Positions 26,101 through 38,300 of a stretch of 64,000 nucleotides of DNA are shown here, piece after piece. Under the pieces are notes generated by a model. The model saw only the letters and a list, made by a program, of their open reading frames with translations. It was not told where the DNA came from and made no database searches. Made by a program: the position numbers and the translations under genes. The stretch spans positions 44,702,001 to 44,766,000 of the forward strand of contig OZ286461.1 of the NCBI GenBank assembly GCA_965644265.1, in the 5' to 3' direction. This DNA comes from Glycera tridactyla (taxonomy: Eukaryota). The stretch's first letter is position 1; every line of letters starts with the position of its first letter.

Positions 26101-26625
26101 GACGGATGTGACACGGAGGTGGATGGATAGTTTCTGCCCTGATCTGCATTTCCACACACAGATAGAGCGCTAAATTAGATGGGATGCGTTCGTTAATTGA
26201 TGCCATTTTTTTAAGTAAGTTTTACACAGTAATAAAAAGTATCTCTGTTCAACTTTGTGGTTGGGAGGTTTCGATGTGTGAGGTGATACGCCCAGTGGTA
26301 GGCACATTGTAGGGAAAACTATGCTTCAAAATATCCATTTTGAGATTTCGCCTTATAAAAGCTGATTGCTTGAGTGAAAAACATGCATGGTCAATGTAAC
26401 ATCAAGATGATTTTCGTATGTAGACAAAATATATAGAGATACCATGAGGAGGGTGGCACGTTTGTGATTGTTATGTCAAGGATATCACTAAAGCCAGTGT
26501 ATATTACATAGAGTATTGACTCTTGTAAGCTAGGTTAGATCAGGATGCCATATTAGTGACATTCTGACAAGTGAACGGATTGAATTTACACATGCTACAT
26601 GCATGTTGTATTTTGCTGGCGAATA

Positions 26626-26789
26626 TACAGTAAAACCTGTCTATAGTGAAAAGTCACGGGCCAGATTTTTCTTTTCACTGTAGACAGGATTTCACGATAT
26701 ACAGGTCAATTATAGTGAGAAAAAAAACGTTTGGGCCAGATTTTTCTTTTCACTGTAGACAGGATTTCACTATAGCAGGTTTTACTGTA
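26626..26789. mobile_element. TA-flanked MITE, second family, with an internal 38-bp direct repeat
   Basis: TIR CAGTAAAACCTG(T)CTATAGTGAAA at both ends; GGGCCAGATTTTTCTTTTCACTGTAGACAGGATTTCAC at 26658-26695 and 26733-26770. Confidence 0.88.
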
Positions 26790-29700
26790 TATATTTTTGT
26801 GATCTCCTTAATCCCGTCTAATCTTGAAATAAACTCTTGGTTAACAGAATGACAGTCAAGAGGTTAATACAAATTTTGTTCCACTTGAGAGATCATGCGG
26901 TCATCGGAAATTCATCATCCTGTTAAAAAGCTTGGAATACTGATTTGTGTTGAATGGTGTTGGCTTTCTATTTGTATCATGATTTATGAAGCAGAGTATT
27001 AGGCAGAGGGTGACAGGTATTCACCCCAGCTAATTACCCTTACTGACATATGGCAGGGGGCCGAAAAAATTCCTACAGGGGAGCTCTATAAAAAGAGGAT
27101 CTTGTTGCCTAGTTAGGATGGAAAACTTACCGCATTTGGCATGTTATAGTGTGCTGGGCGATTGCGTGGTGATTGCGTGACACCCTTGCACAATTCACCC
27201 TGGTATTCATCACTGCGTTTTCAAAGCACAGGCGACTAGTTCCAGCACTACAGATGCTTTTTCCACTCTACAAGTTGGAGTTTGCCATATTTTGGCCTTC
27301 TTTTCTGATATGAGAAATGAATGCAATATACTCAGAAGCGGTCAGGTGTATGTGTGTGCATGCGTGCAGAAGCATGCATGCAAGTCCATGTCGGAGTCAG
27401 CTGTTCCTGGAAAGTTGATCTAGCTACAAAACCTTTTACGCAATATACATTCAGTTTCATTCATTTCCAGGTATTGTGCAACAAGACTGAGATACAGTAG
27501 ATAGCGAGGGGGTTATACATTCATGTTTTACCTCACCAAGCAGTAGTTTGAGTCCAGTGTAGAGTATATCCGTATAGTGTGCTGATAACAAATTAGTGAA
27601 GAGGGAATAATGTGAGATTCATTGGATGACCAAGTGACATCATTAAGTCAATATTCCATATATTCTCTATGGAGTCTGGTTGGTGGTGATGATGCGTTAG
27701 AGGGAGGAATAGATGATTAGGGGCGGAGGAAATCCGAGGAGAGGAGAGAATTGGGGCATTAGTAAGATATCTGGCATTAGCCATGTCCTCTCAAGCATTT
27801 TACTGGAGTGTTTTAAGCGATTAGCTGGGGGCTTAGCTGGTGCGCATCCGTAGGCGAGGATTTGCTGTGGGTCTGCTCTCAGTGCGGGATCAATGCATAC
27901 TCGTGGGAACCCACAGCTTTCGCCCATTCGAGATCAGGCAACAAATGCAATAATCCCTTAAAACGGCATGTAATTGTGAAATGTGCAAATACAGGAGGCT
28001 CACTTAAAAGGCATAATTATGCTACCTTATTCCACAAGCCGTGCTTAAAAATGCATTTTTCATCACCACTAGTCACTGTAATCCAATAACTAGATGAATA
28101 AAAATATCACAGTTTATTAAGGACAGTTTTAATCAAATTTCCACTCTGCACTGGTCAGCATATGGAATCAAACTGAGGGTTTTAGCGTGTCGGATCTCAA
28201 GAGTATTGAATATAGAAAAATAGCAAATGTTCCGAATTATGCTTTACAGATTTTTTTATGATAAGGGTGCAATGAATGATTGAGCGTAATTATCGATAAG
28301 AGTGGCCTACACATACACAAAATGAGTAATCTTCTTTAGTTAGATGACTCAAATCTCAGCCCATGACTATTTGACCGATGGCTAGTGCCAAGATATTTGG
28401 GAAATCTTGTTCAATCTCTATCAGAATTTCAAAAAATGTACAGAAATTCATTGAAAATTGTCAATAAATTTCCAGAACTCAATTAACATTATATGTGAAG
28501 CTTGAAATTCTTTTCTTTGACTAGAGGTCGAAGGGTTCTTATTCATGGCAAAATGGTGGTGGGTTGAGTCGAGTATGCTCCCGCCAGTTTGGTTGATGTA
28601 GTCGGTTAGTTGCTGTATTTCGCGAGACAATCTCATTAGCCCCATGTTTGACATGGTGTTTGAAGCTGTGTCAGGCTGCGAGGGAGGCGAGCCATTTTGC
28701 CATTATTCGATTCAAATTTCATTATACTCTTGATCGCAACTGATCAGAATCATGAGCTTCGTTTGAGCTGCGTATTTCTCTCTCAGCACGAGAATCAGAC
28801 GTTCAGTATTCTATATCATATGCTGCAGAAATGAACTGGAATCTTGACTTATGAGAACTAGATTTGTGATCAAACATGTGTTGAATTGCTGCAAAGAAAG
28901 TAACACCAGCCCCTGGACTAAATTACCAGTAGCATGGCTTGAATTTCGTTTTTCAGTAAGTGTTTCATTCATTAGTTAAACTCATGAACTTTGAAAGGGC
29001 TTCATTTCCAGGAGATAAAATTACAGCTGTGCCAGCACTGACAATGAAGCAACCATTTAGGTTTATTTTATTCCAGCTTCATGCACAAAAATACTGTATG
29101 CTGTGCCTCTGGCACTCGAATGTTTGATGAATTACCATTCTCGTCAGTAATTATATAATATGGGTATATTATTTACAGTCTCTGTCAAACTCTTGGACCA
29201 CACACCTCAGTGCTTTTTTGCATCATCAATATTTCAACCATTTTCAGTCCTTGAAAGATGGCTTTATTGCCAATAATCAAAACAATAATTCTTTTTCGTT
29301 CTTGGTAATTTCACCATGGAATTGATTGAGTGATCGGTCAATTTGAGTGATATTTTTATGTCTTCTCAACACAAGTTAGATTTTAAGAGACTGAAGATGT
29401 GTCCACTCAGAGTTTACTGTCTTAGTAATACTTAAAAAGTATTTCAGGAGTCATCTATGTCTCCATTTTGTTAAGTGAAAAATATTTCTGATTGTTTCAT
29501 ATGTGACAGCACGATGAGATGATGGGTGACTTGATTGACGGAAATAATGGTTTAGTACATGGTTGTGGAAGATTGCTGCGTACTCAAAACTTAATTTCTG
29601 GTTGGGTGAAGGTTAAGTGTACTGTTCTATATTTTTTATGGCATTTGTTGTATGGGTCCCCATCACATAGTGGCTTATGACACAATGGCCATTTTGGGGG

Positions 29701-32700
29701 TGGACAGAATGATTCAGCGCAAGCGGGTCTGAAAGAATTTATGTAAACTGGAGCGATTATCACGTGGCCTGGTCTCTGTGATGTTGTCCGTAGAGTACGA
29801 TCCATTATGGAAGCGGGCAGTGCCGATATGCCGCGTGTCATCTCCGAGCTTGATAAGGCAATCGTGATTCGCCACCTGGGACGTGATGCAGGCAGCGATG
29901 CTCCGACTCACCCCGTGTGTGCCTGGCTGATTAATTCACTCCCCGTTATAAATCTCTCTCCCGCGGATCAGCTCCGTTTGCGCCGCAGTCACTCGGGTCG
30001 GCACGGTAGTCGCATGGCCCCGCGCAGGTAGACATTTCTAACGATGAGCACTAATTACTCTTCGTCAGCTTTTGGCCATTAATCCCCGTCGTCACAAGGT
30101 CCGCGGAACCTATCAGGCCGGCAGTGATGAACAGCCCCAGCATGGGATCTAAGCTGGCCACTGACAGATAAATGCCAGAACACAGGCACACAGACCTCAT
30201 TCTTGTTAAGACAAAAATTGTGTCACATGTACATAAAGAGAAAAAGTACCGTTTAAAGTCGACAACAAAGTTGGGCCACCTAGGGAATGTGATGACCTTG
30301 TCTTTGACCTCCATTAATTATAGGATCAGAATTATGGAATTTCTACCAAAATGTATTTTTAGCAAATTTTTTTCAACTCCCAATATCCCCAAATCCCAAT
30401 ATTACAATTGGCAATGCTTTCTTCAGACTTGCTCCATTTCTTTACTAGATTTTCCAAAGCTGCTTGGGTTATATTTCAGAAGAGATATCCATAAAAAGAG
30501 CTCGGTTTTGCAGGAATCCTTCAATTTCATTCAATTTTCTGTAAGGATGCTCCATTTCAAGAAGACAGTCATTAAATTGTGTAGTTCAAGTCATTATCCC
30601 ATTATATGCAATCATTGTCTTAATCTAAATAACAGTGGGATTTTTCTTGAAAGCTGACATCTGCAAATGAAAGTTGTGCAGTTATAGATGTTATTGAACT
30701 TTATAAATGCATACAGCCAGACAATGAAGAAGCCTGGGATTGTGATATCAGCTTGAGCTAAACATTGTGATGACTTGAGAGATCAGCAATGAATACTGAG
30801 TGCCCCCGCAAGAATCACAGCTGATGATATCTAGAATATATCTTCGTTTGTGCCATATGACCCCCTTTGAAGCGCGCCCAAAAGTTGAGAACTGACTGTC
30901 CCTACTAGGCAGTCTCGCTAAAGATTTATCGAACTTGGATTATTAGATTTTTCATCCATCCACTTTCCTATCTAGTCTAGAGATGGGTCGAGTATAGGCT
31001 CCGTGATGTGATGAGGTCCTACTGGGTGCAGTCAATTGCGCCCTTCTTTTGAAGTGAGTGCCGTTTTGAACATCAAACAGCGGGTCTTTGAAGCAATTTC
31101 CCGGTGTTGCTGTGGAACCATGATGTCGGTGAGGCGAGGATGATTCTATTTGCACGATGGCATTGCAGCATCACTTAACGGGGCGGTGATGATTGGCGCG
31201 ACAGGATGACCGACCCGTGGAGATGGCGGTCAGTCGAGGGTTGCTCGTGTGCGCCTACTTAATATTTCCCTTTGATATACGCCATCAGATTCAACCATTC
31301 CAGCCTCGATGCCTGACCCTTCATGAGATTAAAACGGTTCATTATGACACTCCATCTGAAGTAAAATGGTCACTTTTGGTGATTAGCGAACTCTTGTTTT
31401 TCCCCAGTTCTTATCTGATGTCAGGCTGGTAAATTTTTTTTTGCCCATGGGGGAGTAAATGCCCAGAGGTGTGTCAGAATCCTAACCTAATTGACCCTAC
31501 CCAGCACAATGGCTGGCTGTGGTCCAAATTTGGAAACTGAGTGAAATTTTACACTGAAAGGATTGGGCTTGGCCTAGTGCAACGAGCTTCGGAGTGAATT
31601 TGAGAGAATACATTAGGTCGCAGGTTAGATTGGACTTTCTGTCATGGGTGTGGTTGTGTGTGTAGTTGTCACATTGGGATGGCTATGTTGAAATGATAAC
31701 ATAGTAAATCCACAACTTGAACCGCAAACAATGATATCACTAAAGAATTTTTTCATGAATCCATTTGATTTTCTGATAGAAATGGTTCTATTCAGTGGTC
31801 TCCAGTTATAATGGTCCCATGTGGATGGTAGTGCTTCATGTGAAAGGGGTTGGAAAATCACCCAGAGATAGGGGAGTGGTTAAGGCACACATTAAATGAC
31901 TAAGAATTTAAGTCGGTAGAGTTGGGCTTGTGAAATATGAAGAGGAGATAAAGCGGTTCAGATTTGGGATGCTGGCTGGGGTTGGAGTGATCGAGCAGAG
32001 GCACAGTGGGCTTATGATATGTGTGCATTAAAAGATTACTGTTGCTAATCTCCCTATACACCATATTTATCAGGCCTAAGTCTAACTCCCACAGACTGAA
32101 TCATTTTCCATTCTTCAGTACTGTTTCTCAACATCTCCTACCAGCCACTGTGAGCTTATCAAGCAAGTACCATCATTAACCATTCTCTTTGGCTCATACT
32201 TAAATATATATCTCTCTCGATATTTACTTCTGTACCATCTTTTATGAGATAATGTCTCACAATTTCGGACTCATGTATGCACCAAAATCATTCAGATGAT
32301 AATTCAATCATCCACAATTCACCCTTTATTCAAATGTATGTATTCAAAAAAATGCATTATCAGCCTAACATGGCGGTGATCCCATTCAATAGGCTTAAAC
32401 AGATCCAAATTGTTAACTGTTGATGGATTATTCTGTATATTGAAGCTCGATCTAGATGCATATACAGTTGAACCTGCCACGAGGAAGCCTTAACATACCT
32501 CAAAATCTGTCCCTTCCAAGACTGATACACGCTCATAGCAAGTGTAATTTCATAGATACAATATAAATTGTTAAAATTAGGAAAAAAACTCACTCGTCAC
32601 AGATGATTGGTCATCCATGGCTTGGTCCATTGCAAGGTCCAGTTTACTGGTGCAAATATATGCATCATTTAACATGTGAGATGCATGCATATGTATGCAT

Positions 32701-33000
32701 GTGGTCAGTGATACAGACCTCGATGCCCATGTTCAGCCTGATGTAGGGAGATGGATCACTGTGACTCTGCGTTCAAGTCAAGATGAAAGCGGGCAAAACT
32801 ACTCCCTCAAAATGTCAATCTCATCCCAGGCCTATCACCATAATATGCATATTTTTGGCCTCATAGAAATTTATAACACAAAAGTCATGAATATAGGTGT
32901 GGCATCACAACTATGGGTTGATATCCAGCGAATATCACAAAAGCTGGGAATTATTGTGATATTTCACAAGGCATAATGGTAATAATGGTAATCTATATAT

Positions 33001-33199
33001 CAGTGGCTATTCCATCCATTATGATTTTGGAGTAATTCTTACTCCTCTTGAGCCAACAATTTTGGAATTCTATGCATGACATTACTCCAAACCAAGTTGG
33101 GATTCATTCAAATGACCATTACAATATGAATTATGTTCATCATTACTCCTAAAAATTGCCATCATTACTAATTTTGGTCATCAAATGTTGGCAGCATTG
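33001..33199. mobile_element. Member of the 63541 MITE family
   Basis: ATGATTTTGGAGTAAT core and CATCATTACT...ATCATTACTAATTTTGGTCATCAAA right half shared with about 63660-63710. Confidence 0.7.
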
Positions 33200-34289
33200 T
33201 ATCAGGTATATTGTGATGGATTTGAATCCAAAGTATCTTGTAGGATTGTGGATATGGCAGTGGGTGAATTTGGTGTCAGGCATAATGGGCATGTTATGGT
33301 GGAGTTGGGCAAACAAGTGTTAAACCCATGACAATTATCATCAAGGCTTAATGTTAGATAGCATGCCATCTTTGTGGCTGTGTTTGGCAAGAGGCACCTG
33401 GGGCCTGCAGAAGTGGGGTGAGAGAGGCCGGCCCCAGGTGGGAGAGATAGGGCAGCCACTAAATGTACCATGCAACTTTTCCCCTGATACTCAAATCAGG
33501 GTGATCCCTTCTAGCACAAATCCCAGTAATCCAACACCAGCTGAAAGCCAAGAAGATAGTATTCCACCTGTCCTGGGCTGGTAGATATTGTTATTGGCAG
33601 GTGAGTGTTTGGCGCACCAGTCAGTTTTTGGTGTTCTTCAAACTCATTCGACCCTGTGAAATATTCGGAAAAGTACTGATCTCAGTACCAAAACCACTGA
33701 ATTGTGGAAAGGAGCCCTCAATACGCAATGAGCATCGCAGATCCCAGGATGTGCAACTGAATCATGGGATACATGAGTCTAAAAAGGTATGGGTCATGCA
33801 CCTTTAGGTCTTGGAACAAAATTTGTGTCAGTATATCAAACAAAATACTCGAGATGTTGATTTTTGAATTGTTTTGGTTGAGGAAAGGGGTTAAACAGTG
33901 TATTGCATGAGGACCTTATATAGAGTGTGAAATAGTTGGGCAAAGGTCTTCCTGTGGCTACTGCATCTTAGGCTAGCACAGGAAGGATGCACCGAATTAA
34001 TTTGCAATGTTGTCTTTGTGCAGTGATGGGCGCGTTCAAAGCGAAGGTGGTGTGATCTTCTTTGCGACATTCAATATCATTATAGGCAACGTAGAACAGG
34101 CAAATTGTAATCATACACTGACGCTGAGGCATGAAAAGGATGCCATCCTTTGAGGCGGACTTGTGCCAAGAAGTATCGCTTCCTCTCCGATAGCAAAAAG
34201 GCGCCTGCCACTGCCTCACACTTTCTCTGATGTTGCCAACAACCGGCTACATGCCCCTAATTTTTATTACACAAATTTGGCTAATCCCC

Positions 34290-34643
34290 GTTTTTGAAGA
34301 TGAGATCAAAGCGCGTGTCGTCAGCCAATCAAGATGAAGAGAATGCTGGGTGAGACCCATCATATAATTGTTGTATCACTTTCAAAGTTGGGTGTTTAAG
34401 GGCGGGTCTTGTCGGTGTTGTCTTTTGATTCAAGCATTAGGTGGAGTTATCATCAGCGGCTGACGACATGTCGCATTACACTTGGCACCATGACACCGTC
34501 ATAGTTCAGACAGCGTTATAGCAGCGGCCATTCTCTACGCCATATTCTTTTGCCGCTTAACACTGCGTGACATAATTGTCACCATCCGTGTACAGCGTAT
34601 TACAATTGCATTGAGATTCTGATTACGCTTCCTTCAGGTAAAT
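34290..34643 (+). promoter_or_regulatory. Candidate intronic promoter/first exon or recursive splice site
   Basis: AGATCAAAG 34303-34311, AGCCAATCA CCAAT box (CCAAT 34325-34329), GGGCGG 34400-34405, CpG-rich tract, then CTTCCTTCAG|GTAAAT at 34637/34638. Confidence 0.4.
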
Positions 34644-35268
34644 CTTATTTTCATTTCACTTGCTAGGAGTTTTTCTTGATACTTTGAGGAATTTCACAAA
34701 CTTGAAAAAAACTTGTTTTTAACAGGAATGATTGTCATCAATATTAGAAAAACTTAGAGTAATCGAGTTGAATATTAACCCATGATCATCTCCCAGATGT
34801 TTATTGATAGTCCGCTTGTTGTTCATGAAATGTCAAAATAGTTCTTGAATCTCAAGACAGAACACAAACCTCAGTGAACTTGTTGGATGAGGGTTGAGCT
34901 TGAGGCTTGTTTTGGATTCATGGTCATGTTAAATTCTGGACTGTTTTGTTGTTTATTTCAGTGCATCTTGCCACTTGGAATAAGTGTATACATTTATTCC
35001 TTTCAGTGGCTTTTGCTACCCATTCTCTTCAGTCGCTTACTACACCAAAAAGGTGTGCTTGACCAGTTGTCAAATCAAATGAGAGGCAATATCAAGGCTT
35101 TTTATTTAGTTACTGATATCACAGTTTAATGTTCATTCATTTCCAAGTTTGACAGGTCATAACATTTACACTCAGTTGGCCTCTTGACATTTCTCATTTA
35201 TCTTTCTATCTATCATCTTCAGTGATGATAGTATTGATGATTCATTGTTGATGATATCAGCACAAATA

Positions 35269-35338
35269 CCGATGATGATGTTTTTGATAATAATTATTAT
35301 TATGATGATGGTGATGATAATAATAATAATAATAATAG

Positions 35339-35369
<31 letters not shown>

Positions 35370-35380
35370 AGTAATAATAG
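35269..35380. repeat. Compound (TAA/TGA/TAT)n trinucleotide tract
   Basis: Direct reading; source of the poly-Ile and poly-Tyr ORFs. Confidence 0.95.
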
Positions 35381-38300
35381 TTGGTTTGATTGTAATGATG
35401 GAAAATTCTGATAACTGTAATACTTTCGAGTCTTTTGTAGTCATGCTTCCATTTACGCAAAAAGCATGTATAATGCTTGATTGAGGGTGTTTGTCTTAAG
35501 TTTTTGCCTCATCTTTTTCACGGAAAAATTATGCTGAAAGACAGTCTGTATCATAAATGAATGATTCCTTCATCACAAAATTTTCTTCGGAAATAATTGT
35601 TGTGAATCTATTTTGATAACTATGCCCAAGCGTAATACAGGTTCCCATTCATTATTGTAGTGAGCTAGGGGTGGGCTTCTTTGTTTGATGAATAGTTTGA
35701 ACTTTTGTATTTGCCCTATGCAAGAGCAGCAAGTACATCGGCATGCAAGACTCACTTCTATCTTAGTGAAGAGCACCGTGGGAAGTCGTAGAAATGAGGA
35801 TCATACTGGGGCTACTCTTTATTATGCCCTTTATCCATCGAAGACAGTTGCTGTTTGTTGAAGCAACTGGAGACAAGCTTGTCATACAAACGGACTCTCT
35901 TCATTCTTGTAGACATACACCTCGGTACCTGTAACGTAATCGCTCTCAGCATGCGTCACGCTGCTCGTCAGCAACTGTGAAACCCATTGTGGGACTGTTT
36001 GAATATGTAGGAGTTGACGCAGTGTATATTACACCATTATCATTGCTGCATAATAACCACTGAATAAGACTTGATTTGAATTCTCTATCCCGCTCCCCTT
36101 TTTGACTGAACTGTAATAGGCCAAAAATGGCTATTATGACTCCGAAAACATTTACTTGGCTTGATTTTCAACTTTTGGCCATCCTAATAATCAGTGAAAA
36201 TATTCATGCATAGGATGCTGTCACAAACAATGAAATTTCAGGAAAAAGTTGGTCTCGTGTAAGGTATATTTGATTGGTATAAGAGATCTCTCATTAGAGG
36301 GGTCTCTTTTTGCAGTTTTCACAGTATTAACTGGACATAATGGTTGAGTTTACTTTCGTGAAGGGTTGCCTGAATCATGCCTTAGAAAACACATTTTTTA
36401 GCACAAGTCTAGGAATCATTTTGTGCATTATACACTTCATTGTATTCTGTATGACAATATTTCCGCTTCTAAAATCAGCTCGATGCCAAGCATCCTTCGG
36501 GTGAGAACAAATCAGGATTATCTCGTGGTCTTGTGCATGTGTGTCTTTTTTTTATCTTCATTGTTGTTCCGATAAGGACAAGGAGATAATTGTTCAACAA
36601 ATTGAGGTAATGCGATCTTGCATCCAGGACAAGTAACTTCACTCATTGGCGATATGTCACTTATTATACTTAATTGACAATCTCAAGCAGATTGGAGTTG
36701 AATTTCTCAATCACCAGTTCAAATAGTTATGATGTGTATAGCTTTTAATAAAATGCTGCATGTTCTCCAGCCACCGGTAGTTTCCATTACAGATAGAGAT
36801 TTCTTCTGAGTGAAAGATTATCCCTGGGCATTTCTCCTTGAGAAGAACACAATAAGGGTATCAAAATTACAGCATCCTAATGTTTCACTCTTTTTCTGTG
36901 CCATAATATTGTAAAATTACAAGCTGTTCATGTCAGGTTTTTCCTCCAGGCTTTTTGAATCTCACTGAATATATTAGTATCGAGGTATGTCCAGGCCTCT
37001 CTTATTGTTAGTCTCGGAAATAAACAATGACGAGGTTTTTACAAGAATTCTTCGATTACAGTTATCAGATTCTAGAATTCATCCTCTGGGATCTGATGCC
37101 AGATGATTCCTGGCCAGCTCATGTTCGTGATATTTTTTTCTTGGCTATCCACTTTTATCGCTTTTGTACTTTATTGCTCTGTATTTTGTTCTAGTAAAGC
37201 TTCTCTCCAGTCAAGGCAACCTCAGAATAAAATAGGTTTTCTTTGAGAAAAATTAGCAAGAGTTGGGGCATTCATGACATTATTATGTCAACTGATGATT
37301 TTCACTATTGAATCTGCCCCTTTGAAATTCATAATAGTCAGACTGCAATGATTACCGCAAATCAGAGAGGGAATTCCTTCCCGTCTTTTGTTGAGCATAC
37401 TCTAGCTTGATGCAAAGTTATCGTTGATAGATGGTAATTTTATATTTGAATTTGAAAGCAGCGTTCACATTGTGCTGAGAATCCCACCTCCTCATGCAGA
37501 TACATGTCCGATGAACGTCAATGTTTATTTGAAAAACACCAGTTTACACGAGTGTATACACAATGCATGCATGCGTGAACATAACCTACTCCTGTCACAG
37601 TAGTTCTTAGCCCTCAAATCTTTTTCTTTTTTGGGGGCCTGAGATCAATATAAGAAAGAATTGTCCTACTTGAACTTGTTGCTGAGCAATCTGGATACTG
37701 ACTGTTTGAAGCCATCATACAATTTCCGCCCTTTCTTATTTATTCATCGAATACAAAATATCTTCATTAGAATTGGCCAATGAATAGAAGGTACGAATTT
37801 ATAAAGATACAAAGTGCCGGTAGGTACATTCACACACAGACTTTGGTGGTGAAGAGCCTATGGAGAGGTTGGAATTTTGATGAATATTGTTATGTATGTG
37901 ACCAGTCCGTCATTAATTTGTGCAACAGTGACTGAGTGAGATGATCGATCCTCGAGGGAGGATGATATTTGTTCGTTTACGATGATGATATGATGAACCC
38001 TCGGGCAAGTCGGAATATGTCACTTGCATATTAGTTTGAGGTCATTTGAATGTTGAGTTGAACACATTTCCCTGCCCACAATCACCCAAATTGGGCATCT
38101 TATGTTTTTACATACCATGATATCCGGTATTCCTCTCCATATGACTTGGTTTTTGTTCAGAACCTGAGGCTCTTGAACGATCAGGAAAAATTATGATTAA
38201 TATATATCCAATTTGCTTACATCCAATTTGCTCACTCAGAATGTCATGACCAGTATTGAGTGTATGTCCGGTTCTATTCTCCCAGAATGAGAATAAATTT

